Shown here: positions 1-8,494 of the stretch, piece after piece | Position numbering within the stretch: the first letter of the stretch is position 1 | Layout: the number at the start of each line of letters is the position of its first letter | NCBI GenBank assembly: GCA_964592795.1 | Contig: CAZQHA010000001.1 | Location: 1-33,041 of the forward strand | Source: an uncultured Planctomycetaceae bacterium | Lineage (GTDB): Bacteria; Planctomycetota; UBA1135; GCA-002686595 | Direction of reading: 5' to 3' | DNA: 33,041 nt | The notes under the pieces: generated by a model | Told to the model about the DNA's origin: nothing | The model's input: the letters and a program-made list of their open reading frames with translations, nothing else | Databases searched by the model: none | Program-made: the position numbers and the translations under genes

Positions 1-2
1 AG

Positions 3-2168
3 TTCCACGAGCGCAGCCTCGACACGGACCTCGCGCTCGCGCTGGTGCGCAAGATCCAGATGGAGGCGCGCGCGGACCTCAAGGTCGTCGTGATGTCGGC
101 GACGATCGCGCACGAGCGCTTGTCGGAGTACCTCGGCGGCGCGCCGGTGCTCGAGAGCGAAGGTCGCCTGCACCCGGTCGAGATCGTGTACGCGCCGCCC
201 GTCGCCGGGCGTCCGTTGCCCGCGGTCGCCGCGGACGGTGTCGCGAGCGCGCTCGAGCGCACTCGCGGCGACGTGCTCGTGTTCCTGCCGGGCGTCGGCG
301 AGATCCGGCGGACGCGCGACGAGATCGCGTCGACGTGCGCGCGGCACGGGACCACCGTGCACGAGCTCTACGGCGATCTTCCGGCGGACGCCCAGGACGC
401 CGCATTGCGGCGCGGCGACCGACGACGCGTCGTTCTCGCGACGAACGTCGCAGAGACGTCGGTGACCGTCGAGGGTGTCACGGCCGTCGTCGACACCGGC
501 TTCGCGCGCACGCTGCGCTTCGATCCGAACGTCGGGCTCGATCGACTCGTGCTCGGTCGCATCTCGCGTGCGTCGGCGGAACAACGCGCCGGCCGCGCGG
601 GACGACTCGAGCCCGGCGTGTGCATCCGATTGTGGAGCGAGCTCGACCACCGCGCGCTCGCGGCGCAAGAGCTCCCGGAGATCCAGCGCGTCGACCTCGC
701 GGGCCCCGTGCTCCAGCTCCTGTGCTTCGGCGAGCGCGACGTCCAAGAGTTTCCGTGGCTCGAGCCGCCGAGCGAGGCATCGATCGAGAGCGCGCACGAG
801 CTGCTCGAGTCCCTCGGCGCGACGGAGCGGCGCGGCGTGACGCCGCTCGGCAAGTCGATGGCAGCGATCGCCGCGCATCCACGCATCGCACGTCTCTCGA
901 TCGCGGGTGCGGAGCTCGAAGTCGCGGACAAGTGCGCGCTCGCCGGTGCGTTGCTCGCCGAGCGCGACCCGTTCCTGCGCGCGCCGCGCGGAGCTCGCTC
1001 GCCGAGCGCACGGCGTTCCGATTCCGACTTGCTCGACCGAGTGCGCGCGCTCGAGTCGTTCGAGGACTCGGGGTCGACACGATCCTTGGTCGGCGACTTG
1101 AACGAAGGGGGTGCTCGTTACGTGCTGCGCGTCCGCGACGCACTGCTCCGCGATCTCGAGCGGGCCGATGTGCGCTCGCGTCGACCCAACGGCATGTCGA
1201 CCGACGAAGCGTTCTTGCGATCCGTGTTTGCAGCCTACGCCGATCGACTCGCGCGTCGCCGAGACAACGATCCGCGACGCGGCGTCGTGATGGGCGGTCG
1301 CGGCATTCGACTCGCGGACGAGAGCGCGGTCGAGGACCACGAGCTGTACGTGTGCGTCGACATCGACGCCGGAGGGAAGGGCGAGCGAGCCGAGGCGCTC
1401 GTGCGAATGGCGTCGGCGGTGGAGCGCGACTGGCTCCCGAAGGAGCGCGTCTCGACTTCGGTCGTCGTCACCTTCGACGAAGCGCGCGAACGCGTCGTCG
1501 CGTCGAAGCGCACGCTGTTCGGCGACCTCGTGATCGAGGACGTGCAGTCGGGGCTGCCGAGCGCCGATGAGGTCGAGCGCGTCCTCGCCGAGGCGGCGTC
1601 GACGCGACTCGAGCGAGCGCTCGACCTCGACGAGGACGTCGCTGCGTTCCTCGGCCGAGTCGCTTGGCTGAAGAAGTGGATGCCCGATCTCGAGCTCCCG
1701 TCGTTCGACGCGTCCGCGCTGCGCGAGTGGCTCCCCGAGCTCTGCGCCGGCGCGCGCTCCTTCGAAGACCTGCGAAAGCGACCGCTGGTCGAGTTCCTGC
1801 GCTCGAAGCTCGACTGGAAGTCCGCGCGCGCGCTCGAACAAGAAGCACCGGAGCGCATCGTGGTGCCGAGCGGCCGCTCGGTGCCGCTGCAATACGAAGC
1901 GGACAAGGCACCAGTGCTCGCCGCGCGAATCCAAGAGCTGTTCGGCTGGGCCGACTCACCGCGACTCGCCGGCGGGAGAGTGCGTGTCGTGTTGCATCTT
2001 CTCGCTCCGAATCAACGACCGCAGCAAGTGACCGACGACCTGCGCAGCTTCTGGAACGGCGCGTACGCCGAGGTGCGCAAGGAGCTGCGAGCTCGCTACC
2101 CAAAGCATGCCTGGCCCGAAGACCCGTGGAACGCGCAAGCCGAACGTCGACCCAAGCGAATGCGCTAG
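3..2168 (+). CDS. hrpB: ATP-dependent RNA helicase HrpB, C-terminal ~720 aa (5' partial, continues upstream of window)
   Basis: The frame is open from the window edge (FHERSLDTDLALALV precedes the listed GTG at 45). Helicase C-domain motifs are present (VLATNVAETSVTVEGV, SAEQRAGRAGR). The tail is HrpB-type (RIQELFGW...HLLAPNQRPQQVTDDLRSFW...RYPKHAWPEDPW). TAG stop at 2166-2168. Confidence 0.9.
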   Translation, partial: FHERSLDTDLALALVRKIQMEARADLKVVVMSATIAHERLSEYLGGAPVLESEGRLHPVEIVYAPPVAGRPLPAVAADGVASALERTRGDVLVFLPGVGEIRRTRDEIASTCARHGTTVHELYGDLPADAQDAALRRGDRRRVVLATNVAETSVTVEGVTAVVDTGFARTLRFDPNVGLDRLVLGRISRASAEQRAGRAGRLEPGVCIRLWSELDHRALAAQELPEIQRVDLAGPVLQLLCFGERDVQEFPWLEPPSEASIESAHELLESLGATERRGVTPLGKSMAAIAAHPRIARLSIAGAELEVADKCALAGALLAERDPFLRAPRGARSPSARRSDSDLLDRVRALESFEDSGSTRSLVGDLNEGGARYVLRVRDALLRDLERADVRSRRPNGMSTDEAFLRSVFAAYADRLARRRDNDPRRGVVMGGRGIRLADESAVEDHELYVCVDIDAGGKGERAEALVRMASAVERDWLPKERVSTSVVVTFDEARERVVASKRTLFGDLVIEDVQSGLPSADEVERVLAEAASTRLERALDLDEDVAAFLGRVAWLKKWMPDLELPSFDASALREWLPELCAGARSFEDLRKRPLVEFLRSKLDWKSARALEQEAPERIVVPSGRSVPLQYEADKAPVLAARIQELFGWADSPRLAGGRVRVVLHLLAPNQRPQQVTDDLRSFWNGAYAEVRKELRARYPKHAWPEDPWNAQAERRPKRMR

Positions 2169-2215
2169 AGGCTTGTGATCGTTTTGAGCACCTGTTTACG
2201 CGTAGTACGCGCGTG

Positions 2216-2623
2216 TCAGCGGACCGGCCCGATGTCGTCGATCCGTTCCGTGATCGTCATCCATGCACTTCCATCCGGATGAAGCACGACGATGTCGAAC
2301 ACGCAATCGCCGGTTGTCTCGAAGCGCACGGTTGCGACGAAAGCCTCGTCTGATGTCGGCGCGACCTCGCTCATGACCGTCAGACACGCCGTTCTCGGAA
2401 CGATCTTTACCGGGCGGCCCCCGATCACTTCGCCCCAAGGGGTCCAGAGCCGAAAGGTGATTCGCGCGAGGCCGACGGTCGGGGGCGAAGGTTCGATCAC
2501 AAGATCGGTGGCGGATGGCCGGTCGATCGATTTGGCCAAGTAGCCGATTGCAACCGTCAGGGCCATTCCGACGAGCAGACAACCGACGAGCAACCAATTG
2601 AGGACTGTGCTTCGCGAAACCAT
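2216..2623 (-). CDS. Small membrane-anchored hypothetical protein (N-terminal TM helix plus a ~100-aa beta-rich ectodomain, possibly FixH/YtkA-like Ig fold)
   Basis: ATG at 2623. Hydrophobic segment LNWLLVGCLLVGMALTVAIGYL is followed by a non-repetitive sequence of normal composition. G+C is lower than the flanks (~58-60% by hand count). The function call is tentative. Confidence 0.5.
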   Translation of the reverse strand: MVSRSTVLNWLLVGCLLVGMALTVAIGYLAKSIDRPSATDLVIEPSPPTVGLARITFRLWTPWGEVIGGRPVKIVPRTACLTVMSEVAPTSDEAFVATVRFETTGDCVFDIVVLHPDGSAWMTITERIDDIGPVR

Positions 2624-2686
2624 CCGACGGCGGATTCTAGTCGCGCCACCTAGCGGCTCGGCGCCGACTGGCCTTCGGCCAATCGA

Positions 2687-3367
2687 TCACCCCTTCAGCC
2701 GCCCACTCATCCACGTCCCGATCGCCTCGATCTCCTCGAGGCACACCTCGTGACCCATCGGGTACGTGTGCCACTCGACGTCGGCGCCGAGCTCGACGAG
2801 CCGGTCGCGGAGCGCCACGCCGCGCGCGAACGGCACGATCGGATCCTGCGTGCCGTGTGCCTGGAGCACGGCGATCGAACGATTGGCGGGCGAGACCTCC
2901 GCATCCAGCGTGTCGCCGAGCACGAGGAGTGTCGACAGCGCGATCAGCCCGCACATCGGCTGCGTCTGCCGCAGCGCCACGTGCGCCGCGATCGCTCCGC
3001 CTTGCGAGAAGCCCGCGAGCACGATCCGCCGGCTGGGCACCCCGCGCTCATTCTCGCGCGCGATCAGCGCCTCCACGCGTGCCGCGGATCGGCGGATGCC
3101 GGCGTCGTCGTGCCGCCTCTCGAGGTTCGTGTCGAAGATGTCGAACCAGGCCGGCATGACGGCCCCGCCGTTCACCGTCACCGGCATCCGCGGCGCGTGC
3201 GGGAACACGAAGCGCACCGCGAGCGACGGCGAGAGCCCTAGATAAGGGACGATCTGTACGAAGTCGTGGCCATCGGCGCCCAGGCCGTGCAGCCAGATGA
3301 CCGAGTACTGGGCCGGCGTCGAGGGCTCGATCTCGACGCACGGCAGGAGGTCCGAGCTCGTGTTCAT
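2687..3367 (-). CDS. Carboxylesterase/phospholipase-family alpha/beta hydrolase
   Basis: VIWLHGLGADGHDF oxyanion region, GFSQGGAIA nucleophile elbow (GxSxG), and a C-terminal HG..D....M.H arrangement. I prefer the ATG at 3367 (MNTSSDLL) over the listed 3418 start because homologues begin just before the VIWLHG strand. Confidence 0.85.
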   Translation of the reverse strand: MNTSSDLLPCVEIEPSTPAQYSVIWLHGLGADGHDFVQIVPYLGLSPSLAVRFVFPHAPRMPVTVNGGAVMPAWFDIFDTNLERRHDDAGIRRSAARVEALIARENERGVPSRRIVLAGFSQGGAIAAHVALRQTQPMCGLIALSTLLVLGDTLDAEVSPANRSIAVLQAHGTQDPIVPFARGVALRDRLVELGADVEWHTYPMGHEVCLEEIEAIGTWMSGRLKG

Positions 3368-3530
3368 GCGCGTGGAAAGGGCGCCAATGATGCAGAGATT
3401 CTTGGAAGTCGTCCACACGCGCGGCGTCGCACCGCGTACTCGCGCCGCGCGCCCGATGAGTTATCTTTCTCGCCGGAGCTCTTGACGGCGGAACTCCAAT
3501 TGCTCTGGTCGGTTGGACGCGACCTCGAGA

Positions 3531-6329
3531 ATGTCGATCGGATCCCGACTCACTCGCATTGCGCTGACTTGGATCGTCGCCTCGGTCCCGTGCTGGGCTC
3601 AGTCGACGATCGTCTTCGATCCCTCGCGCGATCTGCCCGAGTTCGACGCCTGCTCCTTGTCGGAGTACCACGATCTCTATCCGATCGACCGGTACGCGCT
3701 GCGGAAGGGCAACGAGGTCACGCGGGAGGAGCTCGACGAGATGCGCCGCTCGTGGAACGAGGAGCGCGAGCGCGTCGGCAGGCAGATCCAGCTCTTCGCC
3801 ACGGATCCGCGTGAGGCGTGGCTCTACTCGCTCAAGAAGCAGCTCGGCAAGCATTCTGGGTTCTCGAGGCTCTCGTACACGATCGAGCGGCCGTCGCCGG
3901 GCGTCGCGCTTCTCGTCGAGAAGCCCTACCGCGAGGACACGGAGCATTCGGCCAAGGTGAGCGCGCTCCTCGCGCCCTGGCTCGCCAAGCTCGACGAGCT
4001 CTTCACGGCGCGCGTCGTGACGCCGCTCTCGCTGTCGCGGCGCGAAGGGTTCCCGCTGTGGACGATCGCGATCCTCTCCAGCGAAGCGAGCTATCGGCAA
4101 TACTTGAGCACAGAACCTGACCGAGCCGTCGTGCGCCGGCCGGCGCGCTACGACCCCCGGCTCAAGATGGTCGTCGGCTATCTGGCCTCGCTGCCGAGCG
4201 AGAAGGACGCGCCGGAGTGGCGCACGCCCGTCCTCGCCGAGTTCGTGCGCGAGATGCAGCACGCGTACTACGGCGGGCCCGGAGATCGGCCGGGCTCGCT
4301 CTGGTTCAACCGCGGGCTCGCGGGATACCTCGCCGGCGCGGACGCCGCGACGACGGCGGACTTGGACAGGCCCGCGATCTCCACCGAGCTCCTCGCGCGC
4401 GTCGTCGACGCCTACCACAACAAGGGCGATCGCGACGTGATCCTCCATCCCGTCGACGATCTCGTCCAGGCGCGCGACGAGCGCGACGTGATGCTGCTCA
4501 GCGGCAATCGCTCGCAGTTCCTCGCGGCCGCGCCGACTCCGCCCGAGCAGGTGATGTGGGCCTTCGACGCGCAAGCGGTGCTGTGGATGCACTTCCTTCA
4601 GCACGGACAGGGCGGGCGCTTCAAGGATTCGTTCGACAAGTTCCTGGCGTCCGCGATGCAAGGACAGGCGGACCTCGTCGCGTTTCGCCTGGCGTTCCTC
4701 TCGTTCGACTTCCCGACGCTGAACCGCGACTTCTACAAGTACCTCTTCAAGGAGCACGAGCGCCTGCTCCCAGGTAAGAAGAAGATCGACATGGCTCCGC
4801 TCGCGGCGCTCTTCGACGACCGCGATCCGCGCAAGTCGCCCTTCGGCGCGCCGCCGCCTCTACCGAAGCCGACCGCGCCCGCTGCGACCGAGATGCCGGC
4901 CGTCAGCCTCGCGGACATCGCGGTCGATCGATCGGACGCCGAGCCGCGGCACGGGATGGCGCTCGTGCTCGCGCGCAAGGGCGATCTCGAAGCCGCGCTC
5001 GCGGAGCTGCGCGAGCTCGCGAACTCCCGGCCCGCGCCGCCCGAGGACGTCCGCATCGCGCGCGACATCGAGCGCATCGAGCAGACGATCCGCCTGCGCG
5101 ACGGCTACTTCGAGTACTTGCGCAGCTCCGGCAATCCGTACGTCACCGTGTACCAGCACCAACAGCTGACGACCCCGATCCAGGGTCTCGAGGACGGCTA
5201 CGTCCTGTTCGGATCGAACCCGCTCGGCGTCTCGAAGATCCCGCTGAAGTCGATCCCGCCGTTCGAGATCGCGCGCCAAGCCGGGCTCAAGGAGGAGCAA
5301 GGCGGCACCGAGCCGTGGGCGCGCTTCTATCCGTACGTCCTCGCCGGCGAGTCGAAGTGGGAGAAGCTCCTGAAGGACGACTCCCCGGGCTCCGTCGCGC
5401 TGCGCGAGGACGCGCGCGATTGGTACGCCGACCTCCTGCGCACGGGCGAGGTCGCGATCGAGCTCGACGCGCTGTCGCAGGGCGAGCTGCCGAAGACCGC
5501 GGCGCGCGCGACACCCTGGCTGCGCTCGATCAAGAAGCTGATCACGAGGTACGACGACGTGCCGCTCTTGCAGCGCAACCTCGACAAGCTGCGCCAGCTC
5601 ACGACGGCGGCGGCGCTCGCGACGTACGTCGAGAAGGATCCCGCGAAGCTCCTGCACGGGCAGGTGACGTCGATGGGGGATGGAACGGTGCACGTCGTGT
5701 ACGAGTTCAACGACGCCGGCGAATGCTCCGACTTCGTGAAGGACCTCGGCTACTTGAAGGACATGCGCACGCAGCTCGGGCCCGCGATCAAGCTCGAGGC
5801 CGATTCGACGTGGAAGTGCGCCGATGGCGCGTTCGCGGGCATCGGTGGGGCGTGCTACCGGCACATGCTCCGATTCGCGGCGCCGCTGCGGGTGTCGTGC
5901 GACTTCCGGTACTCGCCCTCCGGCGGGAATCCGAAGACGGGGCCGACGTTCCTCTTCGGCATGTGCGATGATCGCGCGGGCAACTACCTGGCTTCCGTCA
6001 ACTTCGGCGGTCTCGCGGTGATCGATCTGGCCACCAAGGTCGCGAAGGTCGATCAGGATCCGGAAAGCTCGCCGATCAAGCACGGCCGCGTATACGCTCT
6101 CGAGCTCCACCACGACGGCACGACGGTCAGCACATGGCTCGACGGAAACAAGGTGCGCGAGTCCGCGGTCGGCACCCGGAAGAGCGGCGATCTCTTCTGG
6201 TGGTTCAATACCGACTACCCGCTGGCGGTGCAGCGCATCGAGATCCACGGCAAGATCGACCAGGCCGTGACCGACACCTTGCGCGCCGAGCACATCGCGA
6301 AGGCGCTCGCCGAAGCCGGATTCCAGTGA
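3531..6329 (+). CDS. Large secreted hypothetical protein: N-terminal peptidase-MA-like region with degenerate metal motif, helical middle, C-terminal LamG/DUF1080-like jelly-roll
   Basis: The ATG at 3531 gives a signal peptide, MSIGSRLTRIALTWIVASVPCWA/QS (the listed ORF starts at TTG 3513). The REMQH...WFNRGLAGY region resembles HExxH...W.EG.A.Y. The C-terminus (VYALELHHDGTTVSTWLDGNKV...VQRIEIHG) resembles concanavalin-like lectin/DUF1080 domains. Confidence 0.75.
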   Translation: MSIGSRLTRIALTWIVASVPCWAQSTIVFDPSRDLPEFDACSLSEYHDLYPIDRYALRKGNEVTREELDEMRRSWNEERERVGRQIQLFATDPREAWLYSLKKQLGKHSGFSRLSYTIERPSPGVALLVEKPYREDTEHSAKVSALLAPWLAKLDELFTARVVTPLSLSRREGFPLWTIAILSSEASYRQYLSTEPDRAVVRRPARYDPRLKMVVGYLASLPSEKDAPEWRTPVLAEFVREMQHAYYGGPGDRPGSLWFNRGLAGYLAGADAATTADLDRPAISTELLARVVDAYHNKGDRDVILHPVDDLVQARDERDVMLLSGNRSQFLAAAPTPPEQVMWAFDAQAVLWMHFLQHGQGGRFKDSFDKFLASAMQGQADLVAFRLAFLSFDFPTLNRDFYKYLFKEHERLLPGKKKIDMAPLAALFDDRDPRKSPFGAPPPLPKPTAPAATEMPAVSLADIAVDRSDAEPRHGMALVLARKGDLEAALAELRELANSRPAPPEDVRIARDIERIEQTIRLRDGYFEYLRSSGNPYVTVYQHQQLTTPIQGLEDGYVLFGSNPLGVSKIPLKSIPPFEIARQAGLKEEQGGTEPWARFYPYVLAGESKWEKLLKDDSPGSVALREDARDWYADLLRTGEVAIELDALSQGELPKTAARATPWLRSIKKLITRYDDVPLLQRNLDKLRQLTTAAALATYVEKDPAKLLHGQVTSMGDGTVHVVYEFNDAGECSDFVKDLGYLKDMRTQLGPAIKLEADSTWKCADGAFAGIGGACYRHMLRFAAPLRVSCDFRYSPSGGNPKTGPTFLFGMCDDRAGNYLASVNFGGLAVIDLATKVAKVDQDPESSPIKHGRVYALELHHDGTTVSTWLDGNKVRESAVGTRKSGDLFWWFNTDYPLAVQRIEIHGKIDQAVTDTLRAEHIAKALAEAGFQ

Positions 6330-6332
6330 GCG

Positions 6333-6351
6333 GCACGCCGGCCGAGCGTGC
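6333..6351 (+). other. GC hairpin between the secreted-protein gene and the rhomboid gene (GCACGC-N7-GCGTGC)
   Basis: Read directly: 6-bp stem at 6333-6338 and 6346-6351, with no U-tract. An AGGAGA Shine-Dalgarno for the rhomboid gene follows at 6357-6362. Confidence 0.25.
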
Positions 6352-6373
6352 GGCCTAGGAGAGCGCTGCGCGC

Positions 6374-7900
6374 ATGGAGCTCTTGCAACCCGAGGACGCG
6401 TCGTCTCCGCCGACGGCGCCGCCGGCCTTCACGATCGTCTCGCCGCGACGTGTCGTCGTCTCGCCGGCGATCTTCGCCGTCAACGTGCTCGTCTTCGCGG
6501 CCATGGTGGTGAGCGGCGTTTCGTTCGTCACGCCGACCGGTCAGGAGCTGCTCCGCTTCGGCGCGAATCACGGACCGCTCGTCGCGGGGAGCGAATGGTG
6601 GCGGCTCCTGACGAGCGCGTTCGTCCACGTCGGCATCCTGCACATCGGGCTCAACATGTGGGTGTTCCGCTCGCTCGGCCCGACGGCGGAGCGGCTCTTC
6701 GGCAACGCCGCGTTCCTGCTCGCGTACCTCGCGAGCGCGATCGGCGCGTCGCTCGCGAGCATCCTGTGGAATCCCGCGGGAGTTTCGGCCGGCGCCTCGG
6801 GCGCGATCTTCGGCGTCGCCGGTGCGTTCCTCGCGTTCTTCCTGCGCCACCGGCAGGCGATGCCGAAGGAGCTCTTCCGCGCGATGACGAAGAGCATGAT
6901 CACCTTCGTCGCGATCAACACGCTGTTCGGCCTGATGGTGCCGGGCATCGACAATGCGGCGCACCTCGGCGGCCTCTTCACCGGCTTCCTCGCGGGCTTC
7001 GCGCTGGAGCGCGACGTCACCGTGCCGCCCGTGCTCGACCGCCGGCGCGCCGTGCGCGCGCTCGTCTTGTTCGCCGCTCTCGCGGCGCTCGCGCTCGCCG
7101 TTCCCGCGCGCGTCGCCCGCGATCCCGCGGCGGGTGCGCGACTACACTCGATGCGCGTACAGGAGGCGATGCGACGTGAGGATTGGCCTGGAGTCGTCCG
7201 CGTCGCCGACGAGTGGATCGCGATGCTGCCCGACGACGGACACGCGTGGCAATCGCGCGGCATCGCTCACTTGGAGCTCGGCGACTCGAGAACGGCTCGC
7301 GCCGACTTGGACCGAGCGATCGAGCTTCGCGACGATCTGCCGTTCTCGTTCAACGCGCGGGCGTCGTTGCGAGTCACCGAGGGTGACGTCGAGGGCGGGT
7401 TGCGCGACTTCGACGCGGCCGTGAGGCTGCGGCCAGACGATCCCTGGCTCACCGTGCGACGAGCGCACGCGCGATACCACGCTCGGGACTGGACCGGCGC
7501 CCTTCGCGACTTCCAGGCCGTCGCTGCACTCGACACGGGCGAGCTGGGTGGCGAAGCGCATCTCTTCGCGTGGATCTTGCGGTCGAGGCTCACAGCGCGG
7601 AACGCCGCGGACGCGGGCCTTCGCGAGGCGCTGGGAAGCGTGACGAGCACGGGTTGGAGCCCGATGCAACGCCACGTCGCAGCGCACTGGCTCGGCGAGC
7701 TCTCGGAGGAGCGCCTGATCGCGGAGTCCCCGGGGGAGGAGCTCTCGACGACGCGCTACTACGTGGGAATGAAGCAGGTCTTCGACGGCGATCGAGCGGC
7801 GGCGGAGGCGAGCTTCCGCGCGTGCGTCGAATCGAGCGCGGGCTCGTGGGCGTTCGAGGCTGCGCACGCGGCGACTGAGCTCGCGTTGCTCGCGGAATGA
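6374..7900 (+). CDS. Rhomboid-family intramembrane serine protease fused to a C-terminal TPR-like domain
   Basis: Rhomboid signatures are present: WWRLLTSAFVHVGILHIGLNM, GASGAIFG (catalytic Ser) and NAAHLGGLFTG (catalytic His). About 6 TM segments are followed by a ~290-aa helical-repeat region (AWQSRGIAHLELGD..A..DLDRAIEL). Confidence 0.85.
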   Translation: MELLQPEDASSPPTAPPAFTIVSPRRVVVSPAIFAVNVLVFAAMVVSGVSFVTPTGQELLRFGANHGPLVAGSEWWRLLTSAFVHVGILHIGLNMWVFRSLGPTAERLFGNAAFLLAYLASAIGASLASILWNPAGVSAGASGAIFGVAGAFLAFFLRHRQAMPKELFRAMTKSMITFVAINTLFGLMVPGIDNAAHLGGLFTGFLAGFALERDVTVPPVLDRRRAVRALVLFAALAALALAVPARVARDPAAGARLHSMRVQEAMRREDWPGVVRVADEWIAMLPDDGHAWQSRGIAHLELGDSRTARADLDRAIELRDDLPFSFNARASLRVTEGDVEGGLRDFDAAVRLRPDDPWLTVRRAHARYHARDWTGALRDFQAVAALDTGELGGEAHLFAWILRSRLTARNAADAGLREALGSVTSTGWSPMQRHVAAHWLGELSEERLIAESPGEELSTTRYYVGMKQVFDGDRAAAEASFRACVESSAGSWAFEAAHAATELALLAE

Positions 7901-7922
7901 TCGTCAACGCACCTTGACGCAT

Positions 7923-7936
7923 CGCGCGCGCGCGCG
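7923..7936. repeat. (CG)7 alternating dinucleotide run in the idi upstream region
   Basis: Read directly: cgcgcgcgcgcgcg at 7923-7936, 13 nt upstream of the idi ATG and just downstream of a TTGACG hexamer (7914-7919). Confidence 0.9.
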
Positions 7937-7948
7937 GAGCATGCGCCG

Positions 7949-8494
7949 ATGATCGACGAAGAGCGTGTAGTGCTCGTCGGGCCCGACGGCCGGGACCTCA
8001 GGGACGGCGCGGGAACGGTGTCGACCGCCGGGAAGCAGGAAGCGCACCGCAAGGGGCTCCGTCACCGCGCCGTCTCGGTGTTCATCCTCGACGAGGGCCG
8101 CGTGCTCATCCACCGGCGCGCGAGCGGGAAGTATCACTCGAGCGGCCTGTGGACGAACGCCTGCTGCACGCACCCGCGGGCAGGCGAGTCGCCGGCCGAC
8201 GCCGCGGCGCGCCGTCTCCACGAGGAGATGGGCATCGCGTGCGAGCTGCGCGAGCTCTTCCATTTCGAGTACTGCGAGCCGGTCGGCGGTGGCCTCGTCG
8301 AGAACGAGTTCGATCACGTGTTCGTCGGCCACTGGCGCGGCTCGCCGAGGCCCGACGCGTCGGAGGTGGCGGCCTGGCGCTGGGTCACGGCGCGCGAGCT
8401 CGAGCGCGAGATCGAAGACGATCCCTCGCGCTTCACATGCTGGCTGCGGCAAGCGCTGCCGCGCGTCCTCGAGCTGACCGGATCGCGGACGTGA
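7949..8494 (+). CDS. idi: Isopentenyl-diphosphate delta-isomerase, type 1 (Nudix fold)
   Basis: HRAVSVFI, LWTNACCTHP (catalytic Cys region), RRLHEEMGI (Nudix helix) and ENEFDHVF (catalytic Glu). Length is 181 aa. Confidence 0.9.
   Translation: MIDEERVVLVGPDGRDLRDGAGTVSTAGKQEAHRKGLRHRAVSVFILDEGRVLIHRRASGKYHSSGLWTNACCTHPRAGESPADAAARRLHEEMGIACELRELFHFEYCEPVGGGLVENEFDHVFVGHWRGSPRPDASEVAAWRWVTARELEREIEDDPSRFTCWLRQALPRVLELTGSRT

Noticed and set aside
3048-6293. Minus-strand ORFs of 569 aa and 477 aa opposite the 3531-6329 gene, plus similar cases at 8314-10236, 10328-12259, 10555-12558, 12725-14380 and 13672-15147
   Set aside because: All show the same GC-driven antisense pattern (Arg/Glu/Ala/Leu-rich, no motifs). 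Each overlaps a frame with strong family signatures.
7941-7952. A three-codon uORF (ATG CGC CGA TGA) whose stop overlaps the idi ATG
   Set aside because: It is too short and has no Shine-Dalgarno sequence. It is easily produced by chance in this sequence context, and there is no supporting conservation data.
8149-8490. N-terminal extension of the helicase ORF over idi
   Set aside because: The Arg-rich extension is out of frame with idi, which has clear catalytic motifs. Helicase homology starts right after the GTG at 8491.
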